The notes beneath the pieces were generated by a model. It was not told where the DNA came from, made no database searches, and worked only from the letters and a program-made list of their open reading frames with translations. From NCBI GenBank assembly GCA_965248265.1, contig CBDFJF010000002.1, positions 3,456,001 to 3,520,000 on the forward strand: a stretch of DNA of 64,000 bases, in the 5' to 3' direction. A program made the translations under genes and the position numbers. The stretch is from Candidatus Latescibacterota bacterium (GTDB lineage: Bacteria; Latescibacterota; UBA2968; UBA8231). This document shows, one piece after another, positions 28,827 through 39,434 of this stretch (within the stretch, counting starts at the first letter, position 1; each line of letters opens with the position of its first letter).

Positions 28827-30617
28827 TCAAGTACGTCCAAACAGTTTGTCGAACTCGCGCAACGGGATCTTGACGAAAATGGGTCGTCCATGTGGACACA
28901 CAAACGGTTCTTTAGCCTGAAGCAGTCGCCCAATCAGCGTTTTCATCTGCTCTGCGGAGAGCCGCTCTCCGGCTCTGATCGAGGTGTGACAGGCCATCGA
29001 GGCCGCAACGGCCTCCCGCAGATGGGCCCGCACCTCGATTTCCTCCAACAATTCACCAATAATGCTGTGAAAGATCTCGCCGTCATGCCAATTCTTGAGT
29101 TCCGCCGGAACGGATTCGACGCGAAGCTCATTTGGCTTGGTGGTCTCGATCTCGAAGCCAATTTTCTCGAAATAATCCTTGGCCTCGGAGAATGCGTCCA
29201 TTTCGACGGGACTTAATTCCACGACAATCGGAAACAGGAGCCGTTGTGAGGAGGCTCCCTCGGCCTCCATTCGGTCCAGAACCTCCTCGAAACGCACCCG
29301 TTCGTGAGCAACATGCTGGTCGATGACGAGGAGGCCATCCGGAATCAGCGACAGGATGTACTTGCTGTGAACCTGCCATAACACTGCCTCAGAGCCGTGG
29401 GGGAAAAGGGCGCTGTCAGGATCCCCCTCCCCTTCTGCCGTGTTGGCGGTACGTGGAGTCAGCGGTATTCCCTTCAGTTGGGACGGCGCCAGCAAGGACA
29501 GGGACATCTGGGGTTCCTGTCCCGGCGAATCGGAGTTTTCTGGTTGATACGGAAGGAACGCAGGCCTCGGCTCTCCAGCTATCGATGCACCATCCGAAAT
29601 CGATGCAGGAAGGAACACGGTGCCCCTGTTGGGGGCGGTCTCTAGAGCACGCTGCACGGCCAGACACACAGCATCACGAACCTCGCGGATGGCGCTGAGC
29701 TTCACCTCGCGCTTGGTGGGGTGAACGTTGACGTCCACCTGACGCGGATCCAGGTCCAGCCACAGCACGAAGAGCGGATGTCGACCGTGAGGCAGCAAGC
29801 CGCCAAAGGCTGTGTAGATGGACTGATTGATCTCGCGCGAGTACACGGGACGTCGGCGCACCACGCAGAACTGCTTGGCGCGCGATTTCCTGCATTCTGC
29901 CGGTGTCGACATCCACAGCTCAGCGGTGATTCCATCCTGGTGTGTGGTGGCATGGAGCAAGTCTGTCCCCGGCAGGCCAAGTATGTCAGCAGCTCGGTCC
30001 TCCTTGCTTCCTGAACGCAGGTCCAGGGTTGTCCTGTCCTCGTGCTTGAGCTGGAAAGCAACCTCAGGGTACGCGGACGCGAGTTGAATGACGGTCTGCG
30101 TCACGTACCTCGCCTCAGTTTCCGCATGACGCAGAAACTTTCGGCGCGCCGGCGTGTTAAAGAAAAGACTGCGTACTCCAATGGAAGTCCCCACGTTTCG
30201 AGCAGTGGCGCCCAATTGGCGACGGATACCCCCTTCGATGACGAGGCGGGTGCCCTCCTGTTCCTCTCGCCAGCGCGTGTCGATGGTCATGCGCGATGCC
30301 GCTGCGATGCTGGCCAGGGCTTCGCCGCGAAAGCCAAGGGTGTCGATGTCGAACAGATCGGTGGGACCCCTCAATTTGCTGGTCGCATGACGTTCGACGC
30401 ACAGTTCCGTGTCCTCTCGTGACATCCCGGAGCCGTCGTCGGAGATGACGATACTCTGCCGACCTCCAGCACCGATTTCGACCGTTACTTTCCCGGCCCC
30501 TGCATCCAGAGAGTTTTCGACGAGTTCCTTCACCACGGAGGCCGGCCGGTCCACGACTTCGCCCGCGGCGATCTTGCTGATCACGTTCTCAGAGAGGATG
30601 TGGATTCTTGTGGTCAT
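28827..30617 (-). CDS. mutL: DNA mismatch repair protein MutL
   Basis: [33 protein letters not shown], endonuclease motif DQHVAHER, ACH, CPHGRP. Confidence 0.98.
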   Translation of the reverse strand: MTTRIHILSENVISKIAAGEVVDRPASVVKELVENSLDAGAGKVTVEIGAGGRQSIVISDDGSGMSREDTELCVERHATSKLRGPTDLFDIDTLGFRGEALASIAAASRMTIDTRWREEQEGTRLVIEGGIRRQLGATARNVGTSIGVRSLFFNTPARRKFLRHAETEARYVTQTVIQLASAYPEVAFQLKHEDRTTLDLRSGSKEDRAADILGLPGTDLLHATTHQDGITAELWMSTPAECRKSRAKQFCVVRRRPVYSREINQSIYTAFGGLLPHGRHPLFVLWLDLDPRQVDVNVHPTKREVKLSAIREVRDAVCLAVQRALETAPNRGTVFLPASISDGASIAGEPRPAFLPYQPENSDSPGQEPQMSLSLLAPSQLKGIPLTPRTANTAEGEGDPDSALFPHGSEAVLWQVHSKYILSLIPDGLLVIDQHVAHERVRFEEVLDRMEAEGASSQRLLFPIVVELSPVEMDAFSEAKDYFEKIGFEIETTKPNELRVESVPAELKNWHDGEIFHSIIGELLEEIEVRAHLREAVAASMACHTSIRAGERLSAEQMKTLIGRLLQAKEPFVCPHGRPIFVKIPLREFDKLFGRT

Positions 30618-31033
30618 TGGCGGTACATGACGCGGAAAGGAGTGTCTACAGCTCGGCGGAAATCGCTTCGGCTTTCCTGCGGTAGTCCTCTTGGGAGATC
30701 TCGCCGCTTTTCAGGGCCTTGTCGAGTTTCATAAGCCTGCCGCGAGGGCTGTCCAACTGTTTCCCGGCCCCTGCATCCAGAGAGTTTTCGACGAGTTCCT
30801 TCACCACGGAGGCCGGCCGGTCCACGACTTCGCCCGCGGCGATCTTGCTGATCACGTTCTCAGAGAGGATGTGGATTCTTGTGGTCATTGGCGGTACATG
30901 ACGCGGAAAGGAGTGTCTACAGCTCGGCGGAAATCGCTTCGGCTTTCCTGCGGTAGTCCTCTTGGGAGATCTCGCCGCTTTTCAGGGCCTTGTCGAGTTT
31001 CATAAGCCTGCCGCGAGGGCTGTCCAACTGTTT
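30489..31033. repeat. Exact 271-bp tandem duplication
   Basis: 30489-30759 repeated at 30760-31030, with TTT microhomology at the junction. Confidence 0.95.
30646..30888 (-). pseudogene. Chimeric ORF: MutL N-terminus fused to the C-terminus of the upstream membrane protein
   Basis: MTTRIH...LDAGAGK joined in frame to QLDSPRG...ISAEL; created by the duplication. Confidence 0.8.
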
Positions 31034-31519
31034 GCTTCGTTTGGCCTGGGCGACGATGTAGTAGAGCCCAACGCCCAACAGGATCGCCATCAGTACCCAG
31101 CCCGTCTGTTGTCCTCGGGCCCTCTTTGCTGACGCTGCGTCATCCGCGGGTCGCACCTCGATTCCCCCATCTCGCCATTGATTCATTTGCTCCCGCGTCG
31201 GTTGTGAGCTGAGATCGACTGACACCAGCTGCCCCCTGCGTGGCCTAGCTCCGACGCCGGTTTGCTCCTCTACCGTGACTTCGGTTGCCAGAACACAGAT
31301 GAGCCAACGATCACCCACGGTTATGGCCTTTACCTGCTGATCGTCGAGGAGCCCCTGGAAGGTACCTTCAGATACTGAGATTTCATCTGGGCTCAACACG
31401 TTCATCAACACCACGATGATGGTCAAGGCTCCCGCCAGCAGCAAACTCAACTTCCGGTACGAAACGGAACCTTCGAGTCCTTCGTCATCGGGGGCAGTAT
31501 CAACCGAGTCTGGCTTCAC
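30917..31519 (-). CDS. Two-TM membrane protein, FtsH-extracellular-like domain and SHOCT-like tail
   Basis: [38 protein letters not shown]; GTG start inferred. Confidence 0.65.
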   Translation of the reverse strand: MKPDSVDTAPDDEGLEGSVSYRKLSLLLAGALTIIVVLMNVLSPDEISVSEGTFQGLLDDQQVKAITVGDRWLICVLATEVTVEEQTGVGARPRRGQLVSVDLSSQPTREQMNQWRDGGIEVRPADDAASAKRARGQQTGWVLMAILLGVGLYYIVAQAKRSKQLDSPRGRLMKLDKALKSGEISQEDYRRKAEAISAEL

Positions 31520-32384
31520 GTCGTGGCACCTCTGTGTTGTGACGAGCGGATTGATGGATCCAGTCTGCGACAAACAAGCCCTCGACGAAGGCTGTCTCCA
31601 CGGAGGTTTGCTCCACGGCCTGACTGGGTGTCTCAGTAGTCGCTTGGCCAAACTCTTCGTACGTCTCGCGCAAGCCGATGGCATCACTCGGGTGCAGGTC
31701 CACCTCGAAAGCAGCACTGCCTTTGCTCCCATACACAGCGATGCAAACGCGGGCACGGGACCCCAGTGCATTGATCTGAAGCGTCCCCTCTGTCGCGTCC
31801 TTGAAGCGCAATTGGACTACCGCTATGTCCTCCTGTGGCCGGTTGGCGACGAGACTTCTTGTGCGTGCGTAGATCGTGTCTATCGGCCCGAAGCAATGTT
31901 GAAGAAGCACCGCAAACGGGGCTGCGAATTCGGCTACCACCCCCTGCTGAGGGGGAGTGCATCTCGTCCAATCCCGAGGGATGAATACATCAAGGGCAAT
32001 AAACACGATCGTTCCCAGGGCTCCATCGGCCAGAGCCTCCCGCAGCACGCGCTCTGGTTCCGACGAAAACCTATCTGCGACACATAGTACCACGCCACTC
32101 TGGCGGCAGTGGTTGCTCAACTTGAGGGCTCGATGGGCGCTGAAAACCGGCTGCTCACAGAGGACGTGTCTGCCGCAGTCGGCAGCCTTTCGAACCCAGT
32201 ACTCTCGATCCGCCGCCCGGGTCAACACGGCCAGAGCCCCCACTCGAGGATCTTCCAGCATGACTTCTGCCGCCAAGGTACTCTCATTCGTTTCCTCGCG
32301 AACGGTCCCGATCAGGTGTACCGAGGATACGGAGTCGATCGCGCCGATGTGTGCGGCCAATCTGTCAGCACCGACTATGGCCAC
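31500..32384 (-). CDS. Divergent Gfo/Idh/MocA-family oxidoreductase-like protein
   Basis: GRHVLCEQP (EKP variant), GALGTI, EDIAVVQLRF, VYGSKGS. Confidence 0.7.
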   Translation of the reverse strand: MAIVGADRLAAHIGAIDSVSSVHLIGTVREETNESTLAAEVMLEDPRVGALAVLTRAADREYWVRKAADCGRHVLCEQPVFSAHRALKLSNHCRQSGVVLCVADRFSSEPERVLREALADGALGTIVFIALDVFIPRDWTRCTPPQQGVVAEFAAPFAVLLQHCFGPIDTIYARTRSLVANRPQEDIAVVQLRFKDATEGTLQINALGSRARVCIAVYGSKGSAAFEVDLHPSDAIGLRETYEEFGQATTETPSQAVEQTSVETAFVEGLFVADWIHQSARHNTEVPRREARLG

Positions 32385-32576
32385 GCCGATCTGTGCTGGA
32401 GGAGGTCGAATGAGATCTCGTCAGGGATTCAAGTAGGGCCACGCGCCTCGGGTCGCTAACATAACTCTCGGAGTAATTTCGCGGCAACCTAGGTTGACCG
32501 TCGTGCGCCCGCTCGGTACCCTATAGGCAGAAGCACAAAGAGCATTGAAGATCAAATTCGCATGGGGTGATGCAAG

Positions 32577-32885
32577 ATGTTGACGGGATACTTCTGGGTC
32601 GTGGTGGGATTCGTGATCGTCGCCATTACCAAGTACTTGACATCGATCAGATTGCGAAGCTTGGCTGAAAAGATGCAACGAGAGAGGCATGATGCCTCAG
32701 AATTGCGTTCGCTCCTGATCCAAGCGGAGGAGAAGGAGAACGCCCTGCAAGGCGATGCCGAGAAGCTTCAGAGCAAGCTGACCGCGCTGAAGAATGTCGT
32801 CAGTAACATCGAGCGCTCGGTGCAGCGTTACCAAAGGGGTGGTGGAGAAGAGACGCCCAAGGACGAAGCCGTTCAAGCCCGCTGA
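32577..32885 (+). CDS. Membrane-anchored coiled-coil protein
   Basis: N-terminal TM followed by a heptad-rich helix. Confidence 0.75.
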   Translation: MLTGYFWVVVGFVIVAITKYLTSIRLRSLAEKMQRERHDASELRSLLIQAEEKENALQGDAEKLQSKLTALKNVVSNIERSVQRYQRGGGEETPKDEAVQAR

Positions 32886-32902
32886 CGCCCCGTCATCTCG
32901 AC

Positions 32903-33940
32903 TCAGTTCTTCCACCGCTCCAGAATATCTTCTCTGATTTCCTTCCTCAACAGCGGCTTCAAGCGGGTTTGGGCCTGCAACCGCACCGGTCCGGATCTGG
33001 CGTCGTATGCCAGGTAGGTCAGCAGGCTGCGGTCGGCCTGAGGATGCGAGGCGATTGCCAGCAGAACAGACTCCTCCTTTTCCGTCTTGCTCTTGGCCAT
33101 GCGGTCGAGTGTCTCGAGCCGGGTTTTCTCATGGCTGGCCACCGATGCCCTTATGACGGGGATCTTGTTGACAGACAGGCTGTCCAGTACCGAGCCTGGC
33201 GTGTTGATGTTGCGGCACACGGCCATAACGACTGCCGTTTTGGAGTGGGCTGCTTGGCGCCGCAACCAGGAGGCAGGGGCATTGGGATTGGCCAACGCTG
33301 TGGTTTGGACAGCGAGCACGCTGTCTTGCGCCAGAGTGGCAAGGGCAGTTTTGCTGGCGTAGGCACTCGCGGCCACCTTCCGACGCACAACCTGATCCTC
33401 GTCCAGCGCCAGCGAGTCCAGTACGGCGACCGGTATTCTTCCGTTCTTAACCAACGCGAGGCGCACCAGTACCTGAGGATCTTGCGAGAGTCGTGTAGCG
33501 ATGGACTCTTTGATCGTCCGGACCTCGCGTGGTGCCAGCGCATCGTACTCGAGCGTCAGCGCCACGCCGCTTCGAACCATTGGTTCCGGATCATCAGCCA
33601 ATGCGAGAATCGTGCCCAGGGAGCTGTGGCGATTGGCGGCAACCTGGAAGCGCACCCCGGCGTCTTCATCATCCGCCAAAAGCGCCAGTTCCTGGGGGTT
33701 CGAGGTGGTATTCGCCCTTCTCTTCTGCTCGCGATCGACTTCCTGCTGCGTGCGCATGAGTTGGCTTATACCCATGGGAACCAGTTTCCTCAAATGATTA
33801 CGCAGGGTCTCTTCCTCTACTGGGCGCACCCCTTCCGTTTCGCGCTCCTGCGTACCGGCCTCCTCGGCATGTCCCGCATTGCCCGACGCCGCGAGTACCG
33901 ACGCCATCACACCAACTATCACTTTGGCCCTCATGCGCAT
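32903..33940 (-). CDS. Exported HEAT/LRV-repeat protein
   Basis: Signal peptide; repeats of LAxDxxxxVRxxVAxN; GGAGAGG before ATG 33940. Confidence 0.8.
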   Translation of the reverse strand: MRMRAKVIVGVMASVLAASGNAGHAEEAGTQERETEGVRPVEEETLRNHLRKLVPMGISQLMRTQQEVDREQKRRANTTSNPQELALLADDEDAGVRFQVAANRHSSLGTILALADDPEPMVRSGVALTLEYDALAPREVRTIKESIATRLSQDPQVLVRLALVKNGRIPVAVLDSLALDEDQVVRRKVAASAYASKTALATLAQDSVLAVQTTALANPNAPASWLRRQAAHSKTAVVMAVCRNINTPGSVLDSLSVNKIPVIRASVASHEKTRLETLDRMAKSKTEKEESVLLAIASHPQADRSLLTYLAYDARSGPVRLQAQTRLKPLLRKEIREDILERWKN

Positions 33941-34202
33941 CAACAGACCTCTCCCTTTACACGGCGTGTGTCCACACGGCAAGTGAATATGTGACCACTT
34001 AGTCATACGTATCATATCGGCCGAGCAGTCAGATCCGGTGACGGGAAAATTCAGGTGTGGTTAGAGTGCTCGTGGCAAAAGTGGTATATCGATTGTCCTG
34101 CAACGACTTAGTGGATATTATCAAGCAGTGAGTGAGGCCTAGGCGATCACCAGAATTCCCCCGGCGCTGTCCGAATGAGCTGTCGGTTACTGTGCTCCCT
34201 CC

Positions 34203-35156
34203 CTACTCGCCGTCTTCCGGCGGCGTCTGCATCCGACGAATCAATCGCTTGTCAAACTCCTTGGCCGAGTGATGACCACCCAGACGGAGCAGGTAGTTGA
34301 AGGCGATCGTTTCCGCGATTACCGTGATGTTTTTTCCGGGGAAAATCGGGATCGTGATTTCGGGGATTTCAACACCAAGAAACGTCCGGGCTCTCTCATC
34401 AATCCCGACGCGCTCGAACTCTTCCACCTTGCTCTCGTCCCAATCAGCCAGTGTGACCACAAGCTCGACACGCTTGCGCAGGCGCGTGGCTCTGATCCCG
34501 AACAGGCGCTTGATGTCGATGATCCCGACTCCTCGAATTTCCATATGATCCTCCAGCGCTTCCGGACTGTGTGCTACCAGAATGCCCTGGGACTGACGCT
34601 GGATGATGACGGTGTCATCTGCGACCAGTCGGTGTCCGCGCTCGACCAGGTCGAGCCCGATTTCGCTCTTCCCTATCGCACTGCGTCCCATGAAGAGGAG
34701 CCCTACGCCGTGCACATCTATCAGGGTGCCGTGCACGATGACCTGAGGAGCAAAGACGTCAGCCAGGTAGAAGTGCAGCAGGTGTATGAATTGGGTGGTG
34801 TCGAATTCTGTGCGTAAGAGCGGGATTCCCCGGTCGTTCGCGAGCATTCGCAGCTCAGGGAACAACCGCACGCGCCCGGTCAGCACAACACACGGCATGT
34901 CGAACTGGTAGAGGATCTCGAGTGCCTGTAACCGGCGCGCCGGTGGCAGGCTCCGGAGGTACTCCAGTTCATGGTTGCCGAGAATCTGAACCTGATTAAA
35001 AGTGAACACTTCTATAAAGCCAGTCAGGGTCAACCCCGGTCGGTTGGCATCGCTGCTGTTGATCGTGCGAGACAACCCCTCTTCACCCGCCAGGAGCCTT
35101 AAGCCGAGACGCCTGCCGAATTGTTCGATCAGTGATTTGATTGAAAGGTCGGTCAC
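34203..35156 (-). CDS. hprK: HPr kinase/phosphorylase
   Basis: NRPGL, GRSAIGKSE, HRLVADD, EIRGVGII, PGKN. Confidence 0.96.
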   Translation of the reverse strand: MTDLSIKSLIEQFGRRLGLRLLAGEEGLSRTINSSDANRPGLTLTGFIEVFTFNQVQILGNHELEYLRSLPPARRLQALEILYQFDMPCVVLTGRVRLFPELRMLANDRGIPLLRTEFDTTQFIHLLHFYLADVFAPQVIVHGTLIDVHGVGLLFMGRSAIGKSEIGLDLVERGHRLVADDTVIIQRQSQGILVAHSPEALEDHMEIRGVGIIDIKRLFGIRATRLRKRVELVVTLADWDESKVEEFERVGIDERARTFLGVEIPEITIPIFPGKNITVIAETIAFNYLLRLGGHHSAKEFDKRLIRRMQTPPEDGE

Positions 35157-36049
35157 AGATCCTCCATGAATCGTCGATAACTCTCATACCTGAGCGAGTC
35201 GATCTGGTTCATCTCGCACGCGGCGCGCACAGCGCATCCCGGTTCCGTCAGGTGCTGACAGTCTCGATACTGACAATCATCCGTCAACGGTGCCATTTCG
35301 ACAAAATAGTCGACGACTTCGGACGGCTCGAGGCCGTAGGGCTGGAGCCGCTTGATGCCTGGCGTGTCAGCGACATAGATCCCTCCGTCAAGCCGATGTA
35401 GTTGCGTTGTCGTTGTCGTGTGTCTGCCTCGGTCGTGTTTGGCCATCAGCGCGTTGGTGCGAATGCCGAGACCGGGCTCGATGCAGTTGAGGATCGATGA
35501 CTTGCCAACCCCCGATTGTCCCATGAAGGCCGAGGTCTTGTTCATCAGCAATTCCTTCAGCGCATCAGTTCCCGCTGCCGTCGACGCGCTCGTCATCACG
35601 ACGTGGTAACCGAGTCCGCGGTACAGCTCGGCGATGATCCCGGAGCGATCGCCCTGCGCCAGGTCGATCTTGTTTATGCAGATGACGGGTTCTGCGTTTC
35701 CCAGGAGCGTAGCGACGATGGCGCGGTCGATGAAGCCGGGGCGCAGTGCTGGTTGGCGTGCAGATACCACGACGACACACTGATCGACGTTCGCCGCGAA
35801 TATCTGCTCATAGGACTTGGCCCCCGCTGATGCTCTGGAGATCTTGGAACGACGCTCATGCACCTGCTCGACGACCCCGTCGCTGCCATCCAGATCTGAA
35901 CTGAACTCAACCCAGTCACCGGCGACCACGGGAGAACTCGTTTGCCGATGGCCCCGCTTGAGTTTGCCTCTCAGCTGGCAGGTCCAGTCACGCCCGTCAG
36001 CCTCGATCTGACATTGCAGTCCGGTGACGCACAGGACGCGGCCCTTCAT
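35153..36049 (-). CDS. rsgA: Ribosome small subunit-dependent GTPase A
   Basis: NKID, GQSGVGKSS, GRHTT, DTPG, CxxxxCxHxxEPGC. Confidence 0.96.
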   Translation of the reverse strand: MKGRVLCVTGLQCQIEADGRDWTCQLRGKLKRGHRQTSSPVVAGDWVEFSSDLDGSDGVVEQVHERRSKISRASAGAKSYEQIFAANVDQCVVVVSARQPALRPGFIDRAIVATLLGNAEPVICINKIDLAQGDRSGIIAELYRGLGYHVVMTSASTAAGTDALKELLMNKTSAFMGQSGVGKSSILNCIEPGLGIRTNALMAKHDRGRHTTTTTQLHRLDGGIYVADTPGIKRLQPYGLEPSEVVDYFVEMAPLTDDCQYRDCQHLTEPGCAVRAACEMNQIDSLRYESYRRFMEDL

Positions 36050-36070
36050 CAGGCGCGGTCCGCTCCCATC

Positions 36071-36796
36071 CTATTCGCCTCGGCTGAGGCGCTCAGCATT
36101 GTAGGCGGGTAGATCGGCCTGCAGGATCTTTTCCTGCGCCGCCTCGAGACGGTATTCAACTCGATGCAGCGACACATGCTCGGCGTCTACATCCCATATG
36201 GCGTAGCATGCTCTCCAATCACCATCACGGGGTTGTCCGACACTGCCGACGTTGATCAAATAGCGGTGCTTGCCGATGGCGACCGTCGCCGAAGTCAGGG
36301 CCACGATCCCATTCTTGCCTGGTTTGCAGAAGATGCCAGACTGGTGAGTGTGGCCGACGAATGCCAATCTCCAATCCAACCGGTCAAGACACCAGACCAC
36401 GTCACGATGGAGGTAGAGGTGCTGCCATTCTTCCGGCCGGATCGGGTTGGCGTGGGCGAAAGCGCCTTCGTGTTCCACATGCCTCAAGGGGAGTCTTCTG
36501 AGGTGCTCTATGTGCTCAGTCGAAACCATGTCCCGAGACATCAGGATACTGCGGCGTGCCAACGGATTCAGAGATTTGGCGTAGTGGCCATCAACCAGCG
36601 CCTGGTCATGATTACCCAGCACGCATGTTGCGTCGATGTCCTGCAGTCGATACAGGCACGCGGCGGGATCGGCACCGTACCCGACCATGTCACCGAGCAC
36701 GACGAAGTGCTCAGCGCCATGCTTCTCCGCCTGGATGAGGACTGACTCTAGGGCTTCGAGGTTTGCGTGAATGTCAGCCAGTACGGCGATCTTCAC
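36071..36796 (-). CDS. Calcineurin-like metallophosphoesterase
   Basis: DIHAN, GDMVGYG, GNHD, GHTH, GSVGQPRD. Confidence 0.93.
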   Translation of the reverse strand: MKIAVLADIHANLEALESVLIQAEKHGAEHFVVLGDMVGYGADPAACLYRLQDIDATCVLGNHDQALVDGHYAKSLNPLARRSILMSRDMVSTEHIEHLRRLPLRHVEHEGAFAHANPIRPEEWQHLYLHRDVVWCLDRLDWRLAFVGHTHQSGIFCKPGKNGIVALTSATVAIGKHRYLINVGSVGQPRDGDWRACYAIWDVDAEHVSLHRVEYRLEAAQEKILQADLPAYNAERLSRGE

Positions 36797-36805
36797 GGGC
36801 CGGTT

Positions 36806-37774
36806 TCAACTCGCCTGGGGAGGCGGCTCGGAGGCATCGGAAACAGGAGCTGCATCCTCGGATGTGGAAGTGTCCGCCGGCACCGGCGGCTTCTTCTTTG
36901 GTTTTTTCTTCGGGGCGTCGCTGACGTCGTCGCCGGCGCTGGTAGGGCTGCTCTGCGTTGTCGCGTACACGGTTGTGATGATCTGCTTGCGCTGCTCCTG
37001 TTCGATTGGCAGGAATCCCAGGTGGAGGGTCAGCTGTCCCTGATCCTTATCGGAGTCGATGACCTTGCCAATCACGCCTTCGATCTGAAATGGGACCGGA
37101 TCAGCGTCAGGAGACAGCGTAACGTAGTCTCCTATACTGACGGCATTCTTGTCCTGTGTGAGCAACGCCAGGCCGCCCGCGCTCAAATCGAGGACTCGCG
37201 CCCCGACCGAGGGTGTTTGGGTCGTCAGTCCGTCGAGGGCTTGCTTGAATTTGGTATCGGTTTCGTCGTAGGCACTCTTCAATTCTTCGTCGATGTCGCT
37301 CTTGGGCACCATCACCGCCTGGACGTCAAAGGCGATTTTGGCTCGCTCGAACTGACGCCGCTCGGAGTGGCCGTCCCACTTGACTGTCGTTCGTATCAGT
37401 TTATTACGGGCTGTTTCCATCAAGGCCTGCTCGACATCGGAAATGACGTCTCTGTCGACGGCCTGATCAACGCAGCGGTCGAACAGGGTGATGGAAGCCA
37501 GGACCTGCGACGGACGCTTGGGGTTTGCTTTGCGAACGACGATCTCGAGGGTCTTCCGTTCCAGGTTGGTCAATCCCTTGACCTTCGCGATTTTGGAGAA
37601 GGTACGCCATGAGGATGCCTTCACCTTGCGGTTTTCATTCCATTTGCCCAAGCCACGGAATATCACCACGGACACGAGTGCAACCACGAAGACGCCCGCC
37701 AAGATGTACAGAATCTGCATGTCGGGCTCGGGGATTCCGAGATATGGGTTGGATTTGGCGAGCGTAGCCAGCAT
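36806..37774 (-). CDS. Membrane-anchored PilZ-domain protein
   Basis: N-terminal TM; ERRQFER (RxxxR) and DLSAGG (DxSxxG). Confidence 0.8.
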   Translation of the reverse strand: MLATLAKSNPYLGIPEPDMQILYILAGVFVVALVSVVIFRGLGKWNENRKVKASSWRTFSKIAKVKGLTNLERKTLEIVVRKANPKRPSQVLASITLFDRCVDQAVDRDVISDVEQALMETARNKLIRTTVKWDGHSERRQFERAKIAFDVQAVMVPKSDIDEELKSAYDETDTKFKQALDGLTTQTPSVGARVLDLSAGGLALLTQDKNAVSIGDYVTLSPDADPVPFQIEGVIGKVIDSDKDQGQLTLHLGFLPIEQEQRKQIITTVYATTQSSPTSAGDDVSDAPKKKPKKKPPVPADTSTSEDAAPVSDASEPPPQAS

Positions 37775-37783
37775 GTCAATCAG

Positions 37784-38734
37784 TTAGTTGAAAAGCGTGC
37801 TTATCGACGTCTCTTCGTGAATCGCCTTGATGGCGCCGGCGAATTGCGTGGCGACCGAACAGATCGCGAGCTTCGAGCCCTTTGACTCCTGTTGATTATG
37901 CGGGATGGTGTCCGTCACTGCCAATCCGTCCAGTTCTGACCCCTGGTTGACCCGCGTACGAGCATCGTCGACGAGGGTCCCGTGTACGCAACCGGCATAG
38001 ACGGCCCCTGCCCCTCGCTCGCGCAACGCCACAGCGCCCGAGAGGATTGATTCACCGGTTACGATCTCGTCGTCGAAAAGGATCACATCCTTGGACTCCA
38101 CATCCCCGATGACTCCATGGACGCGTGCCTCGCCCGTGGTCGTATGGCGGCGGTCAATGACGACGAGTGGGATACCCAGTCTTCTCGCGTACCCCTCTGT
38201 TACCTTGGCTCGGCTGATATCCGGTGCGGCGGCGACGCAATCGCTGAGGTTGAGATCCGAATAGTGTTCGCAGATTGCCGGTACCCCACTCAGTTGATCG
38301 ACTGGCACGCGGCAGAACCCGACAATCTGCGGGCTATGCAGCGTCATGGTTAGAATCCTGTCGGCCCCTGCCTCCGTCAAGAGGTCAGCTACCAGCCTGC
38401 TGGCGACGGAGATCCTCGGTTCGTCCTTGCTGTCGGACAGGGCGTAGGGGAAATACGGAAGGACGGCGGTGATACGTCCGGCCGAAGCGTACTTGAGCGC
38501 GTCCAGGGTTATGAGGAGTTCCATCAGGTACTCATTTACCGGAGGACAGGATGTCTGGATTATGAATACGTCGCATCCACGTACGTTCTCGCAGATCTTG
38601 ACCTTGATATTCTCGTTGCTGAACCGCACGAACTCGACAGCCCCCAGCTCAGTACCGAGGGCATCGGCAATGCCACCCGAGAGCGCCGGATTGCTGTTTC
38701 CAGCGAAGATCTTGAGGTCGCTGGCCATGGTCAT
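37784..38734 (-). CDS. prs: Ribose-phosphate pyrophosphokinase paralogue (degenerate)
   Basis: Full Prs fold with altered motifs YALSD, APDIS, IDRRH, DDEIVTGES. Confidence 0.85.
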   Translation of the reverse strand: MTMASDLKIFAGNSNPALSGGIADALGTELGAVEFVRFSNENIKVKICENVRGCDVFIIQTSCPPVNEYLMELLITLDALKYASAGRITAVLPYFPYALSDSKDEPRISVASRLVADLLTEAGADRILTMTLHSPQIVGFCRVPVDQLSGVPAICEHYSDLNLSDCVAAAPDISRAKVTEGYARRLGIPLVVIDRRHTTTGEARVHGVIGDVESKDVILFDDEIVTGESILSGAVALRERGAGAVYAGCVHGTLVDDARTRVNQGSELDGLAVTDTIPHNQQESKGSKLAICSVATQFAGAIKAIHEETSISTLFN

Positions 38735-39402
38735 TAAAGCAGTTCGAGCTCCTGCCTGGCGCGAACGCTGGCCGGCGAGCTGGCGAAATCACGGGTTACC
38801 CGCTTGAGCAGATCGCGTTGCCGCTGGGTATCGCCCATCGCACCGTAGCAGCGGGCAGCATCCATGAGCGCCAGTGAGGCCGCCATGTTGCCAGCATGGA
38901 CATTGGCGTATTCCGCGTACTTGGCGGCCGCCTTGTCGTACTGCTCCTGAGCCTCATAGCAGGCGGCTACTCCCCGCCAGGCAGCAAAAACCAGAACGTC
39001 GAGGTCTCCGTAGTCCGTCAGATAGGCCTGGTAGAGTGTTTCCGCCTCAGCATAACGCCCCTGGTTGAAGTAGCGATTGCCCAGCATGACCGTGCCATGT
39101 GCGGACGCGGAGGTTCCGGCGTACTCATTCAGCAGTTGCTCCCCCAGGCGGATGGCCTGATCCTGCTGCCCCCCCTGTTCAGCCATGAGTATTTCACCCA
39201 GCAGCGTGGCGGCTTCAGTGCGGGCGCTCTCTCTGGAGGCCTGCACGTAGTTCACGGCCAGAATGATGACGACGACGGCGGCGGCTCCGGCTGCGAAGGT
39301 GCGGCCCCGCTCCTTCACGTAGTCGCTGGCCTGCACCATCCATTCGACAAACTGATCTTCTTCAAGTTCTCGCTTCGTTGGTCTATTTCGTTTCGCCGCC
39401 AT
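38734..39402 (-). CDS. YfgM-like membrane-anchored TPR protein
   Basis: KRELEEDQF, one TM, then TPR helices. Confidence 0.8.
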   Translation of the reverse strand: MAAKRNRPTKRELEEDQFVEWMVQASDYVKERGRTFAAGAAAVVVIILAVNYVQASRESARTEAATLLGEILMAEQGGQQDQAIRLGEQLLNEYAGTSASAHGTVMLGNRYFNQGRYAEAETLYQAYLTDYGDLDVLVFAAWRGVAACYEAQEQYDKAAAKYAEYANVHAGNMAASLALMDAARCYGAMGDTQRQRDLLKRVTRDFASSPASVRARQELELL

Positions 39403-39434
39403 GTCCTCGATTCCGTTTTTCTAGTTTGAAGGTC

